Below are positions 41,673 through 54,031 of a stretch of 64,000 nucleotides of DNA, in pieces (position 1 is the first letter of the stretch; every line of letters begins with the position of its first letter). Origin of the DNA: Octopus vulgaris (lineage: Eukaryota); contig OX597830.1 of assembly GCA_951406725.2 (NCBI GenBank), positions 14,942,001 through 15,006,000 of the forward strand. Direction: 5' to 3'. The position numbers were made by a program, and so were the translations under genes. Under the pieces are notes generated by a model. That model did no database searches. It saw only the letters and a program-made list of their open reading frames with translations, and was not told where the DNA came from.

Positions 41673-41931
41673 TGGGAAGTAAGGTTTGCGGCCATGCTGG
41701 AGAACCACCTATATATATATATGTATATACATATATATATATGGTGTTCCAGCATACATACATATATAGGCGGTGCTCCATACATACATACAAGGGTAAA
41801 GTAGACTGACTTCGAATTTCGATGCTGACTAACTACGTCATATTGTACCTCTATGCATCCATAATACACAAACACTGTTGTAAGTAAATGCTAGCGGCTA
41901 CGATATATGTGTGTGGGTGTGTGTTCAATTT

Positions 41932-42244
41932 TTCAATTATTATAAATCTTCCACTGAAGAGGGAGCTGATTTTCAACAAAGAGACAAGGTTCCATCTTTG
42001 GGATGTAGTTAACACAGACAAATTCACATTTGGAATTTGAGAAAAAGTCTTGCATATTTTTACTGTTCCACTCACAGATCGCACTTGTAATGTACGAATT
42101 AGCCGGTCGATTTCTCTACCTAAAAATCTTAGTTTAATCCTTTTAAGCATTTACTAACAAAACCTAGTGCTCCAATCATTATTGGTATGAATATGAATTC
42201 ATAGTCTGAATAGAGAAGCTGGAGGATTCGAAGCAGTTGTCCAT
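41932..42244 (-). mobile_element. R4/Dong-like LINE 3' fragment, same family as 15473-16330
   Basis: GQLLRILQLLYSDYEFIFIPIMIGALG, SVSGTVKICKTF and the same 3' UTR. Confidence 0.9.
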
Positions 42245-42337
42245 GTATGCATGCATGTATGTATGTATGTATGTATGTATGTATGTATGTATGTATGTAT
42301 GTATGTATGTATGTATGTATGTATGTATGCATGCATG

Positions 42338-42368
<31 letters not shown>

Positions 42369-42617
42369 GAATGAATGTTTTTATATATAATGAACGTGAA
42401 ACACAGGAAGGGACGAACACGGAACACAGACAAATCATTCGAAGCCTTCAATCTTCAGTCAGACACCGAAAAAACGAAATTGAAAACGGTAATGAACAAA
42501 CAAAACATATATAACGGTGGTTGTCATACGACTTTAGACCAAATGTATGTATGTATGTATGTATGTATGTATGTATGTATGTATGTATGTATGTATGTAT
42601 GTATGTATGTATGTATA

Positions 42618-43013
42618 GGGCGGAGGAACTCTTGAGAGTCAACGGCCATCCAATAAATGTCTTAAGGCTGTATCATGCGCGGGAACATAGAAATAATCGA
42701 ACTGAATACCCGATCGCGCGGTTAAACCATTGGGAGTGAAGGATTCCTAGCCTTTGTTAGGGCATCCTTCTAGGAAAAGGTAACTCAGGTAACTGGGATA
42801 ACTCCGACATAAAACCTGCGGCTCAGCGGTTACCGATGATGTTGACTTGTTCTTCTTTTCGGATTATGGCTGCTGTTGCTTAGAGAGTGGGATTGACTCA
42901 GTGCACAGCCTTTCCTCACTTTAAAAAAAATCTTCTTGCACAGGCATTGCATGATAACAACATTGATTAAGCTTCGTACAATGGCCATACTCGATAACGA
43001 GGGGGCAGCCACC
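42618..43013 (+). mobile_element. Short retroposed element, RTE-related by motif, inserted in (TATG)n
   Basis: 11-bp flanking repeat ATGTATGTATA (low complexity). AGGGCATCCTTCTAGGAAAAGGTAACTC resembles RTE leader motifs. Confidence 0.55.
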
Positions 43014-43199
43014 ATGTATGTATATATTTATGTATCATCTCCATCGTCATTTTATATTTACATATTCCTGATGAGCTGAATGCTTCATCAGTGATCTGCC
43101 CTAGACTCATCTGGTATTTGTGACCTTTCAACTGTAGATATCCTCACCCAATTAACCCAGGTTGATTTGATCAGTCTCAGACTTGTGTTCTATCAAAAC

Positions 43200-45420
43200 A
43201 GTCATTGCACACGCTCTCTTAATCCAAAGCCATTTGGTGGTTTTCCTTACATTTTCTTGTCTAGAATGAATTGCTTTCCTTTCCATTTCCTTGAAACCCA
43301 AACTATCGAGACCTTAGCGGAGTAAGTAACTGACAAAATCTCTATTGGTTCAAAGTATACTTTCAACCATTTGCAATGGCAATTCTCTACCAGTTGCTTT
43401 TACTTTTCGTTAGTGCTTGTAAAAAGATCCCAGGGTATTGCAACTTGCAGTATGATCAGTGGTGTTGTTGGCTTAGAGATGATGGTCATGTCTTTCCGGA
43501 GCAATGTTGATACTCTGTGCTGGGAGTGTTGAGCTGTGTACCGAGGTCGATATACAGCTACCAGTCAAAAGCTGTGAAAATGGAGTTTACCCATGATTTT
43601 GGTTATGGATAGTGTTTCTCTCCCTATTTCACAATCCTAATCGCCTTTTGGGGAAGCGTGACACTATTTACCTCCCCTGATGGCAGTGGCTAACTCGCAG
43701 TAACTAACTTGATCACCTGGTCATGGTAGCAGTAATAGCGTCTTTCTCCAAGGAATTTTAAGCAGTTGCTAGGAAAATGTTCTAAAAATCCTCTTTCAGA
43801 GCAGTGTGCAGAATGATGTCTCCTTTTCACCCCAGGTATGATGGTTAGTTAGGCTAACTTCCATTGTAAAAACCCTATACGGAAACAAAACGGGCATGAT
43901 GGAATTCAGCCAGTATGTTGTTTAAGCAAATAATCTTGTATTGTCTCACACTCTCTCACCCTGTCCATGTTCCCAGCAATTTTAGTCACATAGATCTGCT
44001 CGCTCTCTCACCCAATACGATTGCCCGGGTCTTTTCCTGGATAAGACAATATCTCTCTCTAGACCTTACCAGTCTAGTTCGCTCTATGAATTGCTTCAAT
44101 CTCACTCAACAAGTATCCTGTTGCCCACCAGTTCGTTTTGCCTTACAGGTGACTCAACCACGTGCACTCATTTCTCGGCCTTTAATTCCCACCCTGTTTT
44201 CACATGACACCATCTAGTACCTAGAGTCCCTCTGCTGTGGAAATCACTTTTGTGTTGCCTGAAATTCTTCGGGGAAACCAAAGGATGTGATCTATACGAT
44301 GCTACTTGTCCCATACAGTGCTGCATTTCTGAGGCTGCAAGAAAACACCAGACACTTGTATAAAGAGTCACTGATTTTTATTTCGAGGATCTCGACTATT
44401 GTCAGTGGAATCGTGTAAAAAAGCAGGGGTCATAAACGTCTGGGGGGAGGATAAAATAAATGTTGACGAACTTAAGATTTTGTGATCCTACTTGGTCGTC
44501 CTTGATAAACCAGCCTTCAAGGTCTTTTCTGAATTCTTGAATAGCAACAAATTCTTTTGAACTCGAATTAAAGAAATTTCCCTTTCTCTTTTCTGGTTGA
44601 TCTATTATTGATAGGCTGGAGTACTTGATAATGAGAACATGGAACTTGTCAGTCTCCTTCTCGTTCTACAGAACAATGGACCTTGGCTTGCCATGCTTAA
44701 AACTCATCCCTACCCAGCTAATAAATTCCTCAAGAACTTGTTGGATATCATCATCATTGTTCGACCTTGGTCGAGACAATGGAATTTACCATGCTACGCC
44801 AGACTTCACGGTCCATCATAGCATTACGGAGGTCCTGTTGCTGGATGCCTGTATCCCTGAAGATTACATCAGGGTAGGAGAGTGTGCACCCCCTGGTATC
44901 ACAAGCAGATGGCTTCCAGAGAAGAGTAGAAATTACCCCATTTTCAGCTGTACGACAATGTCCAGCAAACTGGACTCTTCTACCTTTCACAAGAGATGAC
45001 ACAGGTGGTAGTTTCCCATATATTTGCATTTTGGTTGGATGACGCTTCCACGAAAGATTTTGAGCTCTCGTAAGGAGGCGAGTGTAGGTTCCATCCAACC
45101 GACTCTCAAGCTTCTTTGATAACGTCCAGGTTTCTGAGCCATATAGTAGAATTAGTTCGACTGTGGCTTTGAAGATTTTAAGTTTGAAGTCTCTACTTAG
45201 ATTTGATAACCAGATCTTATGCATATCATTACAGGCTGACCAGGCCATACCCTTTCTAGTTAGAAAATCTTTTCCAGATGATGATATACTTACATCCTTG
45301 TTGGATATACTTACATCCTCGGTCCAGTGTCGTTGTGATGGTAATATCACCCATAAATTTTGATAGGGGGTTCTTCAGAAACAGGCTCCTACAACATGCT
45401 GCGACTGTATGAACACCATG
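43200..45420 (-). pseudogene. Decayed HERO-like LINE (RT C-terminus, zinc knuckle, endonuclease)
   Basis: FMGDITITT, WVGMSFKHGKPRSIVL, DLEGWF, HCSERGFLEHFPSNCLKFLGERRYYCYHDQVIK, LQVAIPW; many stops. Confidence 0.8.
44749..45282 (-). mobile_element. RTE-clade LINE 3' fragment
   Basis: ILLYGSETWTL, RRVQFAGHC, MMDREVWRSMV, (TGA)n tail. 12-bp TSD CTTGTTGGATAT at 44737-44748 and 45297-45308. Confidence 0.93.
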
Positions 45421-46512
45421 ATTATCGAGCGAAAAATGAATAACAGAAAAATACAACTTTATGTATTTTTTTCAGGCAAATTCTGGCAAAAGAAAAGGAA
45501 AAAGGAAACGAAACCAAATGAAAAATTCTATCATTCTTGCTATAGCCCGAGAGAAATATTTGAAAACGCCGGAACTCCGAATCAATATTTTCATTTTTCT
45601 TACACCGAGAAGAGTAAAAATATTCTTCTCCATAGATTTTTACCACTGATAGTTTGTGTCTCAAACGTCATTTGCTGTTTACCTGTAAGTACAGGCATTT
45701 TTAATCATTGCTTGTTTTTTGCGTATTTAAACGGGGGTGATTATCTGTTATTTTCTATTTAAATACATTTGTGCTAAGTGTGTCAAGAATCCCATTTGTA
45801 CTGTTCTGGATATTGAATTTTAGTATAGAAATTTTCTTGGTCTTCTTTTTACTTGTCTACGATGGAGACACCATCAATACATACCAGCTGCAATTCACAC
45901 CAGTATTGTAGGTGTGCATCTAGGTACAACATTGAATTTTTATTATGGCCACATAGAACGTCATGGACGTGGGGCCAAAGGAGTGCACATAGCTACTCCA
46001 TATTTTCCTGGTATAATTTTCAGTGTATGTTATGCATATGATTATATCAGGAAAAAAGAAGCGTTGATAGAAAAGATAAAGCTAGAATAGAATCGTGTTT
46101 CAGTATATGTGGGTGTGTAATACAGAAAAGCCTTTAGCAGCTACAGAAAGAAATATATACATATTTTTTTTAAATAAATTTATACACATTTTTTCATTCT
46201 TAAAATTTGTTTTGTTACATTTTCAATACAGTCTTACTTATTTTGTTTATGAATATATTTTGGATATATCAAATGATATTCACAACAAATTAACAAACAT
46301 GTATATATACATACCACGCACGTACACACACACGCAGATATATAAATACATATACACACACACATACACACTCACATTTATATATACATATAAATATACA
46401 CACACACATACATATATATACATATACATGCACATACATATATATACATATAGGAAAGTTGAATAAGGAGACGAACTCTCAAGATGTTGTTAAACCATTT
46501 ATATCTTGATTT

Positions 46513-46596
46513 CTTCTACATATGTTTCGACGGATGCACTCCAAAATGTCCGACAGGATAAATTATGGCCCAAAATGCATCAATCTCATCAGGAAG
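46513..46596 (-). ncRNA. Canonical minimal type I hammerhead ribozyme motif
   Basis: cttc-CTGATGA-[~14-bp stem II GATtGATGCATTTT / GGAGTGCATCcGTC]-GAAAC-ATAT-GTA-gaag. Palindromic stem III ACATATGT, GUA triplet. Confidence 0.85.
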
Positions 46597-47269
46597 GATA
46601 GAACAAACTCATCAAACAGACATGTTAGTAGAATTAGAAAGTCTTATAAAATGTAACGTATTTATTTTCATACCACACACGCGTACACACACTGAAATAT
46701 GTGACGTGTAAATATAAACATTATATACCTACAAAAAACACAAACGTATACAAACACATATACACACACACACGCATTAATATATATACACATACACAAA
46801 AATATATATATACACATATATCTACTACTAATAATATAGGATCAAAATTTTTCCAGAAAAGATTTCATCAAAAGTGGCAGTATATTGAAATACCTGTAAA
46901 ATTTTAAATTATACACAATTTATAAACAAGGGTAATAGAAAAATTATTTCAATGCCAGTATGCTGAGAACTAACTTTAAATCGTCAATTTCCACATTTAT
47001 AATATACATTCACTATAGATACATGTCGTGCTGAAATATATCTTTCTATGTATAAACATATACATAAATACATACATATACATACACACAAACACACATA
47101 CATATATATTCAAATACATACAAACATGGGCAGAAATATTCTCACAGACATATGCATATATATCTATGCATATACTCGTACATATTCCCGCGGCAACAAC
47201 ATAGAAGCATGCTTATGCTGGAGTATACTTTACGATCACATACTTATACACATAAAGAAACGATCGTAT

Positions 47270-47509
47270 GGATACTGAAGAGCATACACATCCCAAAATA
47301 TCGATAGACCCAAACGCATAATTGTATACACATACACAAACTTACTTAAGCACATATACGTTATTCGTTCATTCACAAAATACTTATATACGAACAGGGG
47401 ACGCTAAGAATTTTAAATGACGTTATCGAAACGTCATTATGACGTTATCGAAAGGGGAAGATGTAGAGAAAGATTTGGAGGAGGAAAGAAAGGAAGGATA
47501 AAACAAAGT

Positions 47510-47547
<38 letters not shown>

Positions 47548-48105
47548 GGAGGAACGGGAAAATTCTAAATATAAAAAAGGCATGAAAAGAAAGGAAAGAA
47601 GAGGAAAGCGGGAAAAATTATAGGAAGTAAGATGGGAAAAAAGATGGGAAGAAAATTTGCAGAAATTATTATTAGGTTAAGGGTGTTCATACACATACTG
47701 GGCACATAGATCCCAAAGCATCGACCGACACAAACACACTATAACAAACCCATACACACACATATACATTATTGTGCACACTGCCAAATATACATACGTG
47801 CCATAGCAAAAATGGGTATGTACACATATAGATATAGGGAAAGCCAGGTAGTAAGTGAACTCTAGAAATTTAAATTGGTTTTAAGGAAATTAACTAGATT
47901 GGGCGAGAGAAGGAGAAAAAGAAGAGAAATATATGGAAGGAAAAAAAAACAAGAGGTAGAAAGAGAGAGTGAAAAGGAACAGGCGAATTGTATACATGAA
48001 AATGCATAAAGGAAAAGTAAAGAAATGGGGTTAAGGGTTATGGGAAGTAAGATGGAAGAATAAAGAAAAGAACATTTGCAGAAAATATTATAAGGTTACC
48101 GGTGG
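47270..48105 (+). repeat. Degenerate ~420-bp tandem duplication
   Basis: 47270-47340 resembles 47695-47765, and 47617-47685 resembles 48037-48105. Confidence 0.7.
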
Positions 48106-48339
48106 ATATTATTTGAAGGAACTAAAAGAGTAGTTTTTTTTTTCCAATGAACACATTTGTAAACTCTCTCTCTGTGTAAATTTGTTTACCAATTTATGTT
48201 TAGAGAAGAGAATAAAATACTGCTCTTCCGTGCATAAAGGGCAGAAAAATTTCCCTTTATCGTAAGGAAAAGATCTAGAAAGAATTTTCCATTCTAAAGA
48301 AAAAGATTTGTTAGAGACCTTGAGGTCAGAGATTAGTTT

Positions 48340-49369
48340 ACTGAGTCCAGTAGAGTTCGCTTATGACTTTTTTTATTTCATGTTGGGGAACAGCCGATAG
48401 TCAGATATACCAAATGAAAAGAATATAGTCGCATATACTAATTCAAAGCCACGATCACGCACAGCAACCATTCAAACGAAGGACCTGTGCAATGGAGCAT
48501 TTCCCTGATGAAACAAGAAATTTTTCATCAGCTTTCCTGGGCGAGTAATCTTCCGTAACAGCCTTAGTAAGTTGGCATAGTACTCTCCATTGACGGTGTG
48601 GTACCTTTCAAGACTATAAAATCGATCCCTCTTGCATCCCAAATAACTGAGGCCGTCAACTTCCTTGCAGATGAAACGACCTTGGCCTGCTTTGGAAAAG
48701 AAGAGGAGGGGCATTTTTACAGAAGGGGTTGTCTCTGTGCCTCTAGCACACAATGATGAACCCAACACTCATCCTGAATAAGGAAACGCTGAAGGAAACC
48801 CACTAGATCTATCTCAAACGATGTCATAGTTTCCCGTGTTGTGATCAGCATTCTGTGCATACAGAGCAGAAATCTTCGTTACCACGAAGAACATTCTCTC
48901 CTCTCTCATGCGATACGGCTAAGATCATTGAATATTTCATTTATAGTCAATTGCCCGTCATCTATCAACCTGTGGTGAACACGATCAATGTTTTCCTCGG
49001 CGTTGGCTGTTGCATAGCTGTTGCATGGCTGTTGCTGGTGCAATACTCTGGATTGTTTTCAAGGCCCTTACGTCTCCTTCTAAATTCAGCTGCCCACTTT
49101 TGCACTAAGGATATAAATGGTGCGTCATCCCCTATTTTAGCAACCATGTCTGCATGAATGTCGTTTGAGGCTAAACCCTTTTTTCTGTTGATACTTTATA
49201 ACAGTACGGTACCAGATTTTGTCACTTCTTTGAACAATCAGTTGCCAGTTTACGCGAAAAGAAACAATTCAGTTATTAAGAAGAAGGTTTGAAATTAATG
49301 CATGCAAAATTTCGCTGCTCTACCATGACTCCTTCATAGTGAACCTATGAATTTGTGAATCCACCCTCG
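48340..49369 (-). mobile_element. Decayed mariner element
   Basis: GDDAP..VQKWAAEFRR, TVNGEYYANLL, FLFHQGNAPLH; terminus TA|CGAGGGTG. Confidence 0.88.
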
Positions 49370-49454
49370 TATATGTACATGTATTGATATGTGTGCATGT
49401 GTCTGTGTGTGCATGTGTCTGTGTGTGCATGTGTCTGTGTGTACGTGTGGATAT

Positions 49455-49495
<41 letters not shown>

Positions 49496-49826
49496 CGTGT
49501 GTATATAGGGGTGCGCATTGTTTGATCTCCATCGTTCTGAAATGCCTACTCCAGAATTAGCGTGTAAGTAACTGAATATTTCACAGATACATGCACCCTT
49601 AACGTAATTCTACAGCAGACCCAGCCTGGCACAGTGTCTAATATGTTTTGTTGTGCCTTTTGATTTACAGATGCAATCCATCTAAGGGTTTCCGTCCATA
49701 CCATTCGGTTCACACATATGAAGCAAATCGAGGCTATGGAGAGAAAAATATTTTTCATCAGGTGCCACGCTTTGGAAACAAATCCGGGACAAATTAGTTA
49801 CAAGATATACGCATTTGTCCATACTG

Positions 49827-49904
<78 letters not shown>

Positions 49905-49907
<3 letters not shown>

Positions 49908-50005
49908 TGCTCGCTTAGCCAGCGGAGTGGCGTCATTCGAAGGCTAAAACAATGCGAACGCATTGTGACCAGCGATGTGTAACAACATCTGATGGCCTGG
50001 TCGGT

Positions 50006-50012
<7 letters not shown>
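49905..50012 (+). mobile_element. 5'-truncated SINE C, tail type 2, in (TA)n
   Basis: Reverse complement of 59421-59533. Confidence 0.85.
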
Positions 50013-50051
<39 letters not shown>

Positions 50052-50131
50052 GCGCGCCTGATGTGTGTATGCGCGCTTATGTGTGTGTATGAGTAATATA
50101 CAAAGAGAGACAGATAGACAGGCGGATAGAA

Positions 50132-50180
<49 letters not shown>

Positions 50181-51090
50181 CATAATTATACATAAAAAGC
50201 GGCGAACTGGCAGTCGTTAGAGTGTTGGATAGATAAAACCATCGGGGAGTTAACAAGTCGTAAAAATTCTGGAAGGACACATTCGATAATATAGTCCAAG
50301 ATAAACTAACTATGCGTTAAAAAGAAGACAGGAGAGTCACGGTTAGAATGCCTTTGATCATGCATCTGCACAATCAAGCCTGACCTTAGGCTAAACAACA
50401 ATCCATTCGGGGTCAAGTTTGCCTTTTCTTCTTTCCAGGGTCGATAAAATAAGTGCCAATCAAGTATTAGAGCTGATTTAATCGATTGTACCCTCTCCTA
50501 AAATGGCTGACCTTGTGCTAATGTTAAAAATCGATATTTTCATTATCAGAAACAAGGTCAAAGGTGAGTGAGTAGCAGAAACGTTATCACGCCGGATTAA
50601 ATGCCAAACGGTATTTCGTTTCGATCCCTTTATGTTTTGAGTAGAAATCCCGCTGGGGTCTTTTATCCTCAAGGTCAATTAAAAACAAAAATCAGTAGTC
50701 ATGATTCTACTGATTATATTCCTTCTCTATAAATTTGTATTCGTGTTCCAATAATCAATAAAGCCGAAGCCAATACGAGGTTAAAGTACTTGACTATTGA
50801 TCACACGAATCTTGACTTCAAATCTTACTGAAATTACTGTGATACCTCTTTGGACAAGGTACATAACTCTGCTTGTCATAATTATTTAGCAATGGAATAT
50901 GTAGGACTACTAACTTACTGTATTGCTAATGAATTATTTATCATTAACGGAGACATTCAGCTATAAAATCCATTGCTCCATACACTAGGAAACACCTAAA
51001 TTTCAAAAGTATTTCACTTGTAGCACCCCATAATAGAGAAACGAGTGGGGAAAACAGAGGAATATAAAATGAGAGCAAAGGCGTTATATG

Positions 51091-51735
51091 TGTATATATA
51101 AAAGAGAAGTTGTGCGTCTGTCTCCTACGATTTAGATTCCTAACTACTCCCACATTTTGCGGTGCAGTTTAACCAAAACCGGGTATCTTATAGTCGTGAT
51201 TCATATCGAGCCCTTCTGGGTATTAGCGCGCGTCTACGATGAGTCTGTGATTTAAAAAAACATTTACCATCATTTTTTCCATTTTAATGCACTTTTTTCG
51301 CTATTATATAAGGGAAGTAACTCTCTAAAAATGTCTACGATGAGTCAACGATTTAAAAAAAAATTTACCATCATTTGTTTTCCATTTTTAATGCAGTTTT
51401 TTGCTATTTTTTTACTATAACTCTCTAAAAATGCTTATATTGTTTGTTTGTTTTGTTTGTTTGTTTTTCCAGTTTCAGCTCTTGAGCTGTGGCCATGCTG
51501 GGGCACCGCCATTGTGGTGAAAGAGTACAGCAGGGATCACCACCCCCTGCCGGAGCCTCGTAGAGCTTTTAGGTGTTTTCGCTCAATAAACACACACAAC
51601 GCCCGGTCTGAGAATCGAAACCGCGATCCTGCGACCGCGAGTCCGCTGCCCTAACCACTAGGCCATTGTAGTTATTTCCCTTACAATATAGTTATTTCCC
51701 TTACAAACCCGAGCAAAGCCGGGCGATACTGATAG
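51091..51735 (+). mobile_element. Non-autonomous Helitron, second copy, with nested SINE
   Basis: Reverse complement of 9008-9400; hairpin CCCGAGCAAAGCCGGG and degenerate ATAG|T end. Confidence 0.8.
51443..51668 (-). mobile_element. SINE C head with tail type 3 (shared with SINE A)
   Basis: C head runs to CTTTCACCACAA, then GGCGGTGCCCCAGCATGGCCACAGCT..GCTGAAAC and (AAAC)n. Confidence 0.85.
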
Positions 51736-52203
51736 TGTGTATGTAAGGAAGTTAGTAGGTATAAATATGGCGGTCTTTAGTGAAATAAGTATGAATGACG
51801 CTAAAATTAAAATATACTGGCATTAGAGGAGTGATTGAAGACAAGAATTTTGTCCAAAGAATTCAGCTTACTTGAAGACAGATGCACAAAAGGAACTGGA
51901 AAAACAATTGTGGAACATATGTGAAGGCAGTTGCGGAAATCGGGGAGAAATAAGGAACAGAATCAAGGGAATAGAATAGAATTTCTAACATGTCCTTCTT
52001 TGTTTTTGAGAGGCTTTAGCTCGATTCACTCAGCACCAATAATTAAATGGATCCTGGTGTATTGATAGCTTTTTGTTAAACCAATTGATGGCAGGTGGGA
52101 CATAAAAATACAAGTGGTGTCAGTGTAAATGCAGGGATGCAGACTGACGGGGAAATGTACTGATGCACATATAGACACACATACACGCACGCAGGCGTGC
52201 GCA

Positions 52204-52246
<43 letters not shown>

Positions 52247-52619
52247 GCAGAGCAAGTATATAGTTTTCGTGTACAAATCTCACTGGCGATCATTGAGGCT
52301 ATAGTCTTTAGTAGAACATGTGGTGTGGCTGAATCCGAATCTATGTGGTTAGGAAATTATGTCCTAACCAAACAACCATACCTATACCTGCATGCGTGTG
52401 TAATATTGTGTTCGTGTGTGTGCATGTGTGTGCGCGTATACATAAATATACACACATATATACATGCGTACATACATACATACATACATGCATGTATGCA
52501 TACATACGTACATACATGCATACATGCATACATACGTACATACATACATACATGCATGCATACATACGTACATACATACATACATACATGCATGCATACA
52601 TACAAACATACATACACAT

Positions 52620-52775
52620 ATAAGCTTCTCAAAAGCAGAAAGGAGAAAGTTGATTCGAAGACTTCTACTCCAAGCCATCACAGGAACTGTAAAAATCTGT
52701 AAAACTTTCCTGAAATCTATCATTTAAGTATATATGAACATGTCTAGAGATGCAAGCATATGCACAAGACATACA
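52620..52775 (+). mobile_element. R4/Dong-like LINE extreme 3' end
   Basis: FSKAERRKLIRRLLLQAITGTVKICKTF*, homologous to the C-terminus in the 41932 copy. Confidence 0.75.
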
Positions 52776-52778
52776 TAC

Positions 52779-52945
52779 GGCATTTCGCCCGTCGCTACGT
52801 TCTGAGGTCAAATTCCATCGAGGTCGACTTAGCCTTTCATCCTTTTGGTTTCGATGAATTGAATACCAGTCATGCACTGGGGTCAATGTAATCGACTAGT
52901 CCTCTCCCCGAAAATATCAGGGTTTGTGCCTATAGTAGATAGGAT
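52779..52945 (+). mobile_element. SINE family B, 5'-truncated
   Basis: Core GCCTTTCATCC and tail ending in (ATT)n. Confidence 0.8.
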
Positions 52946-52946
52946 G

Positions 52947-53026
<80 letters not shown>

Positions 53027-53335
53027 TCTTCTTATTATTATCATAATAATTATTATTGTTATTATTCAGTAGTTTTATTTTTATAGCGTGCTTTCACTTC
53101 ACTACCGAGCGCAGCTCTGTGTGCCTTGGGTATGTGCTGTGATTTGTTGTGATGCTCTGATGGTTATTGTATGGAAAGTGTTCTGCGTAGGATGTGTGCA
53201 GTGCCTAGTAGTGCAATTTTCTGTATGTTATATGTGTTTGTAAGTCCTGGTGTTTTTGTTATGTATTTGTCTGAATATTTTTTTATCATATTATTATTAT
53301 TATTATTATTATTATTATCATCATTATTATTATTA

Positions 53336-53384
<49 letters not shown>

Positions 53385-53395
53385 CATTATTATTA

Positions 53396-53486
<91 letters not shown>

Positions 53487-53492
53487 TATTAT
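52947..53492. repeat. (ATT)n/(ATC)n arrays around a LINE end
   Basis: Seen directly. Confidence 0.9.
53067..53290 (-). mobile_element. Dong/R4-like LINE 3' end within (TAA)n
   Basis: IQKIALLGTAHILRRTL* C-terminus plus UTR, with TAA repeats on both sides. Confidence 0.8.
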
Positions 53493-53989
53493 TAGTATTA
53501 ACCAGTGTCTCTTGAAATAGACGAGTAGAATATAATGCGATAAATCGTATACAGTTTTGAATAGAAATAGAACGGCGTGTATACAGTATGTGTGATGGGA
53601 TGGCGTAGAGCGTATATCTGCGTGACGGGGTATATATATATATATATAAAATGTATGTATGTAAGGTTGTATAGGTATAAAGAGATCTAGCCAGTGGTTT
53701 TATTACTACGAAGCAATTATTGAACAGCATCTGTTAAGACCTTTCACGTTTTATTTCCCATAATGCGTTGTTCCAATTGACTGGTCTCCCCCCAGTTCTC
53801 TCCTTCTCCCCCTCCTCCTCCTCCCTCCCTTTCTCTTCCTCCTCTCCTCCCCTCCTCCTCTTCCTCTCTTACCCTGAATTCCCTCTCTTCTTCCCCTCTT
53901 ACCTCCAACTTCCTCTGTGTTCTTTATTCTCTACGCTACGTGAATATGAATCAATAAAGACACACACACAAACACAAACACACACACAT

Positions 53990-54031
<42 letters not shown>

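Noticed and set aside
42428-42465. Minus-strand CTGAAGA..CTTC-GAAT
   Set aside because: GAAU instead of GAAA, and no consistent stems I and III.
43068-43091. CTGATGA..TCATCAG
   Set aside because: A simple short inverted repeat with no GAAA arm.
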